Assembly: GCA_950097015.1 (NCBI GenBank) | Contig: CATNEN010000029.1 | Coordinates: forward strand, 3,596,001-3,660,000 | Length of the DNA: 64,000 nt | Direction: 5' to 3' | DNA from: Macrostomum hystrix | Lineage: Eukaryota > Animalia > Platyhelminthes | Shown here: positions 1-11,000 of the stretch, one piece after another | Layout of the letters: every line of letters begins with the position of its first letter | How positions within the stretch are numbered: position 1 is the first letter of the stretch | The notes under the pieces: generated by a model | Database searches by the model: none | What the model was told of the DNA's origin: nothing | What the model saw: only the letters and a program-made list of their open reading frames with translations | Position numbers and translations under genes: made by a program

Positions 1-336
1 AGAGAATCAAGGAGTTCGTCTCTGGCTTTAAAGCAAAATGCATTTACGACATGTTTTCTTACTCCGCAGTATGTTACTCCGTATGAATCTGAGTTGCCAC
101 TCTGGACTTGATATAGAATATTTATGGGGCTAAATGAAGCCAGACCAGTGAAGTAATTGATGACGTCATCGCTTCCGCTGACATCCATGCTGATTGCAAG
201 GCTCAGAAACGATGAGGAGCAACTATCTAAAATTTTGTTAATTCCAATTTTCCAGGAAAGTCTCATTGTGCTGACTGAGCCGTTCTACCGAGAATCTACT
301 CATAAAACAACAGAATTAACTGCTGCTTTCACTCAC

Positions 337-726
337 TGTTGGGCGTTGTGGCAGGCATCTGACATAGAAAAAATAATCCCATGGAGCAGCTCTGTAGGTA
401 GAGCCGACCGAGGTTTATGTTGTAGGATGCGCAGTCTAGGCCGTCTCCCTCTGTCAGACCCAGGTAGAACAGATCATCAGGCACCGGGTTGCCCTCTGAA
501 TTACTGAACCGGTTACCAAGGGAGGCGTTGCGGCTAACGCCAACCCACAAGTTCCAACTGAGCCACTCAATATTGCCCATGAGAGCCAGATCTTCTCTGC
601 CCCTAGGCACATAGAGAGTCCCGTTGTTATATCCAGCACAACTGGCAGCAGCTGCGGCCTGCTGATAGCTACTGGTGAACAGACGGATGCAGCGATCAAA
701 GTGCTGCATCCATGGAGCTGGGCAGA
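337..726 (-). CDS. Gene C exon 2: C-type lectin domain (paralog of gene B exon 53483-53881); gene continues beyond the left edge
   Basis: Acceptor cccacag|TC TGC CCA GCT CCA TGG and donor AAC A|gtgagt (phase 1/1). Translation CPAPWMQHFDRCIRLF...LWVGV...DC...C...FFLCQ has the CTL Cys/Trp pattern and shares PDDLFYLGLTEGDGLDC with gene B. Confidence 0.9.
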
Positions 727-959
727 CTGTGGGTTCAGTTCGTTAGTTCATTACTGTCTACATATTTCAAATGTATTTTAAATATAAACTACAGAAATAT
801 AATATTTTTTAACTTTTACAAGCCTTCTGTCCTCCTAAGTAGGAAGAAAAAAAGTTATTTGAAAGGGCAGAGAAGCACATGCCCTTAAAAAATCGAATGA
901 TATTCTTATATAACTTATAAATTATAATTCTTATAATATTCTTATAGCCTTTAACTTCG

Positions 960-1145
960 GACTTCTGACGGGAGGAGGAAAGTAATTTGTGTCCTTGACC
1001 TTTGCGTTACAATTCACTCAGCTGTGGTAGCAACTCTGACGGGTAATGCGACCTCCTCAGTCCATGGACTTAGCAGCTGTACACAGCACCGCTATATATT
1101 TGGCCCATCTGGGCTAGGTGTAAGCTCTGTCTAATAACATAATAA
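960..1145 (+). mobile_element. Degraded SINE-like repeat (same family as 56846-57190 and 57510-57800), approx.
   Basis: cagtccatggacttagcagctgtacacag matches the reverse complement of the core at ~57590-57620; ends in aggtgtaa and a taataa-like tail. Confidence 0.5.
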
Positions 1146-1266
1146 GCTTCTGCAATTCCAAACTCATTTTAATTAGCTACTTTCGAGTCTGCAGAACCTC
1201 TATCAGGTGCAAATTTTTTTTGTCGGAATCCATTGAAAGTTGCAAGACCCTATTGTCTCTCTATAG

Positions 1267-2612
1267 CAGGGGTCGGCAAACTTATTAGCTGGCGGGCCAA
1301 GGAGAGAATCTAAAAGACGACAGTGGGCCGCTTTGATTATAGAAATATGATATAAGGGCGAGATGAGACGCAGGAGAGATGAGACACGGGAGAGATGAGA
1401 CACGGGAGAGATGAGACACGGGAGAGATGAGACTTGGGAGAGATGAGACACGGGAGAGATGAGACACGGGAGAGATGAGACACGGGAGAGATGAGACACG
1501 GGAGAGATGAGACACGGGAGAGATGAGACACGGGAGAGATCAGACACGGGAGAGATGACACACAGGAGAGATGAGACACGGGAGAGATGAGACACGGGAG
1601 AGATGAGACACGGGAGAGATGAGACACGGGATAGATGAGACACGGGAGAGATGAGACACGGGATAGATGAGACACGGGAGAGATGAGACACGGGAGAGAT
1701 GATTCAGGGGAGAGATGAGACACGGGATAGATGAGACACGGGATAGATGAGACACGGGAGAGATGACACACAGGAGAGATGAGACAAGGGAGAGATGAGA
1801 CACGGGAGAGATGAGACACGGGAGAGATGAGACATGGGAGAGATGAGACACGGGCTAGATGAGACACGGGAGAGATGACACACAGGAGAGATGAGACACG
1901 GGAGAGATGACACACAGGAGAGATGAGACACGGGAGAGATGAGACACGGGATAGATGAGACACGGGAGAGATGAGACACGGGAGAGATCAGACACGGGAG
2001 AGATCAGACACGGGAGAGATGAGACAGGGGAGAGATGAGACACGGGAGAGATAAGACACGGGATAGATGAGACACGGGAGAGATGACACACAGGAGAGAT
2101 GAGACACGGGAGAGATGAGACACGGGAGAGATGAGACACGGGAGAGATGAGACACGGGAGAGATGAGACATGGGAGAGATGAGACACGGGCTAGATGAGA
2201 CACGGGAGAGATGACACACAGGAGAGATGAGACACGGGAGAGATGACACACAGGAGAGATGAGACACGGGAGAGATGAGACACGGGATAGATGAGACACG
2301 GGAGAGATGAAACACGGGAGAGATCAGACACGGGAGAGATCAGACACGGGAGAGATGAGACAGGGGAGAGATGAGACACGGGGTAGATGAGACACGGGAT
2401 AGATGAGACACGGGAGAGATGACACACAGGAGAGATGAGACACGGGAGAGATGAGACACGGGAGAGATGAGACACGGGAGAGATGAGACACGGGCTAGAT
2501 GAGACACGGGGGGATGAGACAGGATACTATAGGTGTTGGAAAGGGCAACGGGCCGGATTTGGGAGCTTCGAGGGCCGCATCTGGCCCGCGGGCCGGAGTT
2601 TGCCGACCCCTG
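1267..2612. mobile_element. Non-autonomous hAT-type MITE
   Basis: 16-bp TIR caggggtcggcaaact / agtttgccgacccctg; exact 8-bp TSD ctctatag at 1259-1266 and 2613-2620; no transposase inside. Confidence 0.92.
1359..2522. repeat. Minisatellite, 16-bp unit gagacacgggagagat, roughly 70 copies
   Basis: Directly visible tandem array with recurring variants (gacacacagg, ggatagat, ggctagat, atcagac); lies inside the hAT MITE. Confidence 0.97.
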
Positions 2613-2646
2613 CTCTATAGTATTCAGTTTTCGTACATAGACTTAC

Positions 2647-2728
2647 AATACTTCGCCTGAGAAAGCTTCGTTGTAGTTGCCAACAGAAGCAGGCTGATGA
2701 GAACCGAAGTGATTAGCATTCGGATCAT
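2647..2728 (-). CDS. Gene C exon 1: signal peptide MIRMLITSVLISLLLLATTTKLSQAKY
   Basis: ATG, hydrophobic core, donor TAT T|gtaagt (phase 1) that joins in frame to the CTL exon 337-726 (F-C-P-A-P-W). Confidence 0.82.
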
Positions 2729-4935
2729 GTTGAAGACATGAGTTTTTGCACTGCGCAGGGCCAGTTTGATGCAATCCTACGATTTAAATATGCGCCCAAC
2801 TGGGCTTTGAAGATCTGCGACTAGCCTGGACTAGCCTGGATCGCTCCGGAATGTGTTTGCGTAAATAAATAGAATGAACGTACGCAGCGATGGCTGTTGC
2901 TATGGTTAAACAAAATTGTCGATTGCATGGCTCCTAACCCCCCGGTTCTAATCAACATGTTAGTGATAGACCGTTTGTGTGCGCTTTAGTTGTTTTATTA
3001 TTGGCTCATAATAGCTAAAAGCAATCCTCACAAGTGGGGTCTGCTGGCTTTAGTCTGAGCACTTTGATGCCGGCTTGCTTGGTCTGCAAAATACTCAACC
3101 AGCTTTGGCCAGCGCTGCTGCCTGCTTCTTGCTCTCTCTCTCTCTCTCTCTATTCTCATTTTACGTATATTTTTTGTCCCCATCGGTGGCTCATTGCTAA
3201 AGAGCAAAGACTTGCAGCAGCTTCACGAACCCGCAGAAATTTCAATATTTACGATACAGTAAAACTTTGAGTGTAATTTGTCTAATTGGCTTTTTAAACT
3301 CAGTTTGAATTTAAAGCTTTTATTAATCACTGTCAATATTCCCAAAAATTGACTGCGTTCCCTGCCCTATGTGTGAAGGAGGTGAGGTGGGTATGCGTGC
3401 GGCTCCCAAAATAGCAAACCCGGTTGACAGCTAAATCGATGATTCAAATCTAAAAAATTGACTTGCCAGTTCTTAAACCTCGAGATAAACTTTCATTTGA
3501 AAATGCACATTTCCCAAACTATCACATAGTCGATGACGCTGTATTTACTACAAGTATGTACAATTTTCTGGCGTATTTTACAGAAAATAACATATTTTTT
3601 ACGTCCGTAGGCTGTCGTAGCTTGATTTAACAAAGAGCTGCAATCCTGATGGCTCTACAATCGTTAATTAGTACAGGTGTCTCTACAAATGTGTCAATAT
3701 TTAGAATTATGAGTGATTTACACTGAATTCCCCATTACTTTTAGTTCACCCAACTTCACCCAGCTGAGAAATTTGTAACTAAGGGGTCTCTACTTTTTGA
3801 GCACAATGAAAGTAAGGCGAACTCAATTGGTGTTAGTATCGTGTTTACTCAATACATTACTATTAGTTTATTTCGCAAATGAAACTTTAAATTAAAACAC
3901 ACACGTGACAGCGAATCACTTGAGTATCATAAAAGAAGGTAAAATTTGAAGCTATAGCTTGCTAGCTAATTAAGTAGAAGATAATACATAGAGTTTAGGG
4001 ATGTATTTATTTAAGCCCCGAGGGCCGAAGGGGCAAAAACCTCGTACTTGTAAGGTTAATAAAGTTTGCGTTTGCAGTAGGCCCGTTAGGTTGGGATACA
4101 CGATAAGCTTAAAACTTTGGTGAAGGAGCATAGAGAGGAAAACACGGAACCTGTTATTTAAAGTACAAGAAAATATGTGCGAGTTTTCTCTCTAATCTGC
4201 TTAGTTAAAGCACAAAATCTGCGCCGCTTGATGCTATAGTAAGAAAGTTGTTTTATCTTGAAAAAGGCAAACTTTTCTCGAGCTTGACAAACAAGTGAAG
4301 CAAACAAAATTAACCGATTAAGGGTTCTTAGAGGCAATTAAGAAATTTGCAAAGAAGGTTCGAACTAAAAAGAAAATAATCAGTATTGTGCGTCAAAGAA
4401 GGATTCAAATCGTGGCATGCATATTTGTTAGCAAACGTTTCTCGAATTTCGCGTCATTTATGTCATAAAAAATTAGAGAGCTGATTTCGACCTCAAGATA
4501 CTCGTACTATACGGATGCAATAGATTTAGACTGAGGAACTTAATGAGTGAAAAGTTATTGTCAAGCACAAGAAACATCCGCATTGGTTGGTGTGGCCTTT
4601 AGCTGAATCCTAATGCAACACTCGTTCGTTTCGCAAACTTAGCATATGGGACAAAGTGAGACCTATCGTTTCAAACGTCATTATTAAGAAATTTCATGAA
4701 AAACTAAACTTGACGGTTTAACGAACTTCTTTAACTACAAACTAGTTTTTTTCTAAGTAGGTTGGCGATTATTAGCTTTTGTGATGCCTGAAGCAAAGTT
4801 TTTCTTCTTCTTCATCAACCCATGAATCCAAAAGTTAACTCTAACGAAGCATAGATATTTAATGACATAAAAAAGTCTAAAATGTATTCGATTACAATCA
4901 TTCGCCATGGAACAAGCAGCGGCACTGTGTTATTC

Positions 4936-5099
4936 TCAGATTGAAGAGCTGCCGGTGTCGTCTGTCGGCGCGCGATAGTCCATGCTTCGCTTAATAAGAT
5001 GTCTAAGAGCCATGTCAATGGCGTCTTCCTGCTCTGCGCCCAGTCGCTCATTTGTGTCCACCAGTCTGACTTCCACATCTTCTGCCTTACTCAGCCAGT
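4936..5099 (-). CDS. Gene B terminal exon (cytoplasmic tail NWLSKAEDVEVRLVDTNERL...GSSSI*)
   Basis: Acceptor attccag|AC TGG, phase 1 matching donor GAA A|gtgagc at 8401; homologous to gene A terminal exon 56464-56618. Not in the ORF track in this frame. Confidence 0.88.
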
Positions 5100-8000
5100 C
5101 TGGAATATTTTGTTTTACTGAATTGCACTGCTCGACTTAGTCAAAAAACTTAAATATGATTACAGCTTCGTGGATAAGAATCTTTTGTCTCCTTGAGCAA
5201 AGCTTGGAAAGCTTGGGTTCAGTGGCGGATCATTGATTGATTAGGGTTTTTTAGACATTAGGATTTAGGTTTTGGAATTAGGAAACTTTTTGTGGCGTCA
5301 GAGCGTGTGAACAGGTGCACAAGTGGTCCACTGTGCTTTCACAAAAGCCTCAAGTGCTTGAGGACAGCACTGCGAAGAGCGAGTGCAGACCGACCGAAAA
5401 GTCTGATTTCACTCTAATGGCACTGTCTAAAGGTTTGTCTAAATGTGTTTGGGCTAATCTAATGCGCATTTTTCACGAAGATTTCAGAAAACTCTGGCGT
5501 ACGAAACCCGAGGCTCAAGATCAGTGGGTGAGCCAGACAAGAGTTTACTTTATAGTATTCACCCCATATAATACACATTCGGTTACTTTCATTAACCACT
5601 TGTGCACTGTGCTTCTACCTTAAGGTATGTCAACACGATCTCACTAAACGGAAGGCGCGCTAAGCGTACTACAGGTTATCAAACTCGTCCCTTCTGTTAA
5701 TGGAAAGTATTCGCACAGACTAGTTAACGGGCCTTTACTTTACCCATGAGTCCAATATATTTCAGTGCTTCATCAATCGAGCCCTTATATACAGCCCTAT
5801 CATGAATATTTCAATGGCAAAGGTCTATCTCTCTTGCTTTCTTTTTAGCAGTATCGTCAGGAACAAAAAGCAAGTCCGGAAACTTTTGCAGCACCCCTCG
5901 TACATAGCATCTGTGTATAATATACCATAGTATACTATTCTGCTAGCTTTGTCGGTTGATTTGTCTATGAAAAAAACTATTTTAAGCAATGACCAATCAG
6001 AGTCCGAATTTTATTGCGATGAAGCTTTGAACCACTGTGTGAGGTCAGCGAGTGCTCGGAGAGTCAGCCGCTCCGACGATCAAAAGGAAGTCCTCAGCGA
6101 AAGACTAATTCCGAAAACTGCCTTTTTCAAACGCGAACATATGGACACCAGTCCCTCACAATGGTGTATGGCATCTATGCCCAGACAAATACACCATTTT
6201 ACCTCCTATTTTGAACAAAGTCTTGTTCAAAGGAAACAAACAGAACTTCAATTCAAACACTTTAAGAAATATCAGCGCTTGCGGAAATTCAGTTCAAACA
6301 AAGTCCCTTTCTATTGAAACAGAAGAAATTCAATTCAGACTGTCTATGGCCAAAATTGTCTCCGAGTGAAGCGCACGCGCAAACTTGAAGTTCAAAAGAA
6401 ACAAAGTCACATTCTATTATCAACAGACTCAAGAGGTAAAACACAACAAATCGACGAACGTAAGAGTAAAATGAAAAACAGGTACAAGACAGTGTCAGTT
6501 GGTCAACTTCAATGCGACACCTAACCATCAATTGCCTGTCCACCAAGGCAGCGAGGGACGTATGTAAATACATGGTTGAACCACTCAGTGCACTTGTCCG
6601 CAGAGATGCAGCCAATGGTTCTGTCCACCATGTTGTACAGAATGTCTCGCCGATAGGCCGTCATCGACTGATTCCCGAGCTGCTCAGCTGTCGGAGCGAT
6701 GAACTTTTGCTGGTCTGCTGCTAGTTCTCTCTTCAGAGCGGCATTCCAACAGGAGATTGAGTTCTCCACAGAAGTCAAAACTGGACTGCATGGTGGAAGC
6801 CGCTTGACCTGAATAGTCTTCGGCGTCATTGTGAGAACTTACGTTGTCGATGACAACATAACAACGCGAGACTGGGAACTTGGAAGTTGCCGACGGTGAT
6901 CTGCAGGAACTCACCAAACTTCTCTTTAGTCATGCCCTTATCATAAATTTGGTAGTGCACAACACCGACACCTGGACAAATGGCAAAGCAGACGGTAACT
7001 CGAAGTCCTTTCTGAGTAGCCACTTGCCTGTATACGCTTTCACCACGTCGAGAGCGCCCTATTGATCGTCTCATCCACGTATTAAAGCCAAATTCATCGA
7101 TGAAAATCTTATAGCCTGATACGCGATTCGATCACACAAGGGGAGTTGCGATCTGCAGGGAGATCTCGTGCCAACTTAGTGGTATACAGAGCTCCATCAA
7201 GCTTAACGCTGATCGTTTTCTCCGTTACGTGCGACTTTTCTGGGAGTTGCTGGCGCAGATTAGCATTCATTTATTTTAGCGTGATAAGCGGATTCGCTTG
7301 GATGAGACCAAGTACGTGGGCCTGCATTTCTCCATCCCACTTGAATCGCTTGGCTCCGCCCTTGGGCTGCTTTTGAGCTCTTCCTGACCTCGCAATTGCG
7401 TACGCCGTTGACCTCTTGACTCCAAGTTGGCGCGCCAGTTCCACAAAGTCATCCCCACGATCAGCAGCCTTGATGATACGGTCTCTGTCACTGTTGCTTA
7501 CAGTAGCGTACCGACGAGGCTGCTGTTCCACGGTATCTTCATCGACTTCTGCTTCAAATTCATCGATTCCTTCTTCTTCCAGCAATTCATCGTCTTCTTC
7601 AATCTGATCTTCAGCATTCATATCGTTTCTAATTGTTGCGCAAAGATTGCACAGTTGTGCAGTGCAGGAAAAACAAAAAAATAGATTAATGTAATAAAAA
7701 TTTTATCTGTGTCAAAAAATCTCTGTTAAAATAGAATGTGACTTTGTTTCTTTTGAATTTCAAGTTTGCGCGTGCGCGGGGGACAATTTTGGCCATAGAC
7801 AGTCTGAATTGAATTTCTTCTGTTTCAATTCTGTTTCAATAGAAAGGGACTTTTTTGAGCTGAATTTCCGCAAGCGCTGATATTTCTTAGTGTTTGAATT
7901 GAAGTCAAGGACAACTTAATAACTATAGTTATTAAGTTGTCCTTGATTGAAGTTCTGTTTGTTTCACAGAAAACACGCTGCGATTCTGTGGTTTGTTTCT

Positions 8001-11000
8001 TTTGAAGAAGACTTTGTTCAAAATAGGAGGTAAAATGGTGTACGAGTATAATACAAGGGTACAGTTTGGCTCTTAGAAAAAGCCTAAAATATTTGCTGCG
8101 GCACAAATACTAAATTATTTGGGGTAGGGTGAAACAATAGAAGTAAGCCAAATCAGCGACATGAAGAAAGCGTGAAGGAAGTGTGTGTCTGAGATGAGTA
8201 AGCCTGAGCACTTCAAACTTAAACTTCATGCTAAACAAAATTTGATCTACTTCATATATCATAGCTAGCTGCGCTTTAAATTTACTACTTCTAAATTAAT
8301 AAATGCGCTCTTGCTGAATGCGTTGTTTAAGTAAGGAACCGTGAAGGCTCCAAAATATTTTACAACCTCATAACATCAATCATCAACATTAGCAGCTCAC
8401 TTTCTTCTGTCGTCTCGGCATACTCTTCCTGTGGACGGCCCCGCACGATCTTAGTGACACTCTCAATGATGTAGTCAATGATCTTGAAGTCCTCCTCATC
8501 TGGAGCTGTCTCCATCTCGGCTCTAACCTCTTCATAGCTGTCGTTTAAGATCGCTACGAACATGTTCAGCACGATGTACATGATGAAAGTGATGTACGCA
8601 AGGAAAACCATCCTGGCCAACAAGCCGTTACGCACGATGTAGCTGACGTCGAATTTTCCCAACATTGCGGAGAACTGAGTGATCATTGACAAGTGTACAG
8701 AACGAAACGGTTTTTCCAGTGTTCCGAGAATCAGATACAGACACAGCGTGAATGCCATAAACACGACCATGAAGACCCAGAAAAACGAGCGCAGTTGGTT
8801 CAGTGATCGGGTCAGCGTGCCGAGCAGGTGGTTGAGATTTCGACTGAAGCGAACCATATTTAAAAATGAGACCTGTACCAGGAATGTGGCTGCACCGAGA
8901 AGGTAGAAGAAGGTCTCATTCAAGTACATGACGTATCGCAGGTTCGTGCTGAGTCCCGAAGCGTTCTGCATTGCCTCCAGTGACGTCACAGTCGCCATCG
9001 AGCGCAACACATAGAATCCAGCTGCTCCAACCAGACAAACAAATGCAGCAACGGTGTAGATATTCCACGGGCTCTTTAGGTAGTCCCAGCCTTCTCTCTT
9101 CAGGTCCAAGAAAATCTTCACTAACATGCCAAGTGTGAGCAGACCAGTCAGGATCTCAGTGATCAGAGCAAACAGACCGAGAATGCCAACGTATCTGAAA
9201 AGTTGTGAAATTATATTCGATAATTTGTATTCAGGAAAGCTACTTTTGAAACAGCCAGTTCATTTGCAAGACAGAAAAAAAACATATTTTAATTAAAACA
9301 CACCTGTACAACTTGGTGGTATAGAGTTGAGCCACAGACTGAGCACCTCCATATGCAAAGAACTCGGTCGCAAACGTCACTGAAGTAAACAGGTTGACGT
9401 CTGGATAAAACAAGTCCAGCTCTACAAACACTGTTCGCGTGTAGTTGTCAATCCAATTGGTTGAGTTCAGCTGCTGCACCAAAGTCATTGCTTCGGCAAA
9501 CTTGTTTGACATCACAGCTGTGTAGCCTCCTCCGGCATACATGTGCAGAGCACCCCAAAACGGCAAGCTGTTTGTTCGCTTCGCACTCAGACCAAGGAAA
9601 GCCAAGTCAAGAGCACTGACACTGTCTGTGAAGTTGCAATCACGCTGCACCTTCCAGCCAGGGTAGAAGCACTGTCGATTGTCTGCCTCAAAACTATAGT
9701 CGGCAGACTTGGCAACAGCCAGGACATCCACCGGACGAATGCGCAACTGACGCAGAGTAGCGTGGCCCAGGCGAAAGCCAACCAAATCGGCTATAAACTT
9801 GCTTCGCGCAGAAGTCAGGTTCTGTCCGAGTGCCTCAACAGGGAACAGGCGAGGCAGCAGTGTGCTCTGCAAATACACGAAGTAGTCGGCTGCCGTTTTC
9901 ACATTCTCCAATCCTGTGGCGGGCACTTTCGGATTGCTTGGCTTGTAAAGGTGATTCTTGATGTTTGCGTGCAGATTGTAGGTGCATGGGTCCAGATTTC
10001 CATAGCAGATGCAGTACAACAAAGCCAGAAGAAGGAAGCTTCCGACAATCTCAATTGAAGTGCGCTTTGCCTTTGATCTCAGCTTGTTGTTTTGGTCGTT
10101 CTCTTCGATCTCGTGAATGTAGCGAAATCCGTCTGAAGGGTTAATCGTTTAAAAATTTGATATTTCCGTTTTTACGCATATATGTTTAACAACGATGTCA
10201 AACAACGATGTTAAACATAAATCATAAATCATAATCATGACGCTATCAATGCCGAATAATCAATCTTACCAATCATCTGTTCAGGGTGTCTGTATCTCAC
10301 TCGAATGAAGTCCATGTCTTTTGCGTCATAATCCTTTCTCATCAGTACAGATATGATCAGACCGATGGCCAGAACCTACAGTACCAATTTGAAATGTTGG
10401 GTGATAATAAATGGCTACCAGTGAATGTTCAGCCCTAAAGCAAGCCAGCAACAAAGTAAGAAATCGAGTGCCGCAAACCCACCTTCAACGGTTGAATGAG
10501 CAGCATCGACTGGAAGAGAGACAGGAAGAATGCCGCGAGCCACTCCTCCGACTTGGTCTTGCCCCAGTCCATTGCGTAGAACACGATGAAGACACCAGCA
10601 CCAACAATGCTGCCAATAACCAGCACCCAGCCAATGTACTGGAACCAGTGTGGTAGCTGGAACTTTTTAGCTCTCATTCGCTTGTTCTCTGGCATTCGTA
10701 GCGGAGTGCTAACGCTGTCCTCACAAAGTCTATCCAACAATTCAATATCATTGTGAAAGGTCTGCTGCTCTGATTGATCGTGAGCTTCTCCAGAATCGTC
10801 AGCCATGTCATGAGCATCACAGCCATTGATTACACGGTATCGCTGGTGTCTTTTTGCCGCCTCCTCACAGTGCGATGTTGCTGTTTCCTCCTTCTCTGAC
10901 AGATCGACTGATGAAATATTCGGATCAGCGTACTCTGAACGCTTCCGGATCACATCTAAAAGCTCACTCGACTTGACACGCTTCGCCGACTTCAGGAAGA

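Larger units (their letters stand above)
6192..8040 (-). mobile_element. Tc1/mariner-IS630 superfamily DNA transposon with long (~240 bp) imperfect TIRs, in the last intron of gene B
   Basis: Ends caccattttacctcctattttgaacaaagtctt / aagactttgttcaaaataggaggtaaaatggtg; TA dinucleotides at 6190-6191 and 8041-8042; TIR homology continues to ~6425 / ~7725. Confidence 0.93.

Noticed and set aside
1203-2475. Many overlapping ORFs with SHLSRVSSLPCLISPV repeats
   Set aside because: Translation artefacts of the 16-bp minisatellite, which has no stop codons on that strand.
1359-2522. Possible CRISPR-like array
   Set aside because: Contiguous tandem units with no unique spacers, no cas genes, and a eukaryotic context.
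5221-5300. cagtggcggat as a possible MITE terminus
   Set aside because: No matching inverted end or TSD found nearby.
6521-7621. Bacterial IS630 or contamination
   Set aside because: Sits in a spliceosomal intron with TA TSD and long TIRs; consistent with a eukaryotic ITm element.
8360-8400. Gene B ending at ...LLMLMIDVMRL* as in the ORF track
   Set aside because: A gtgagc donor at 8400 and a homologous terminal exon at 4936-5099 show this is intron read-through.
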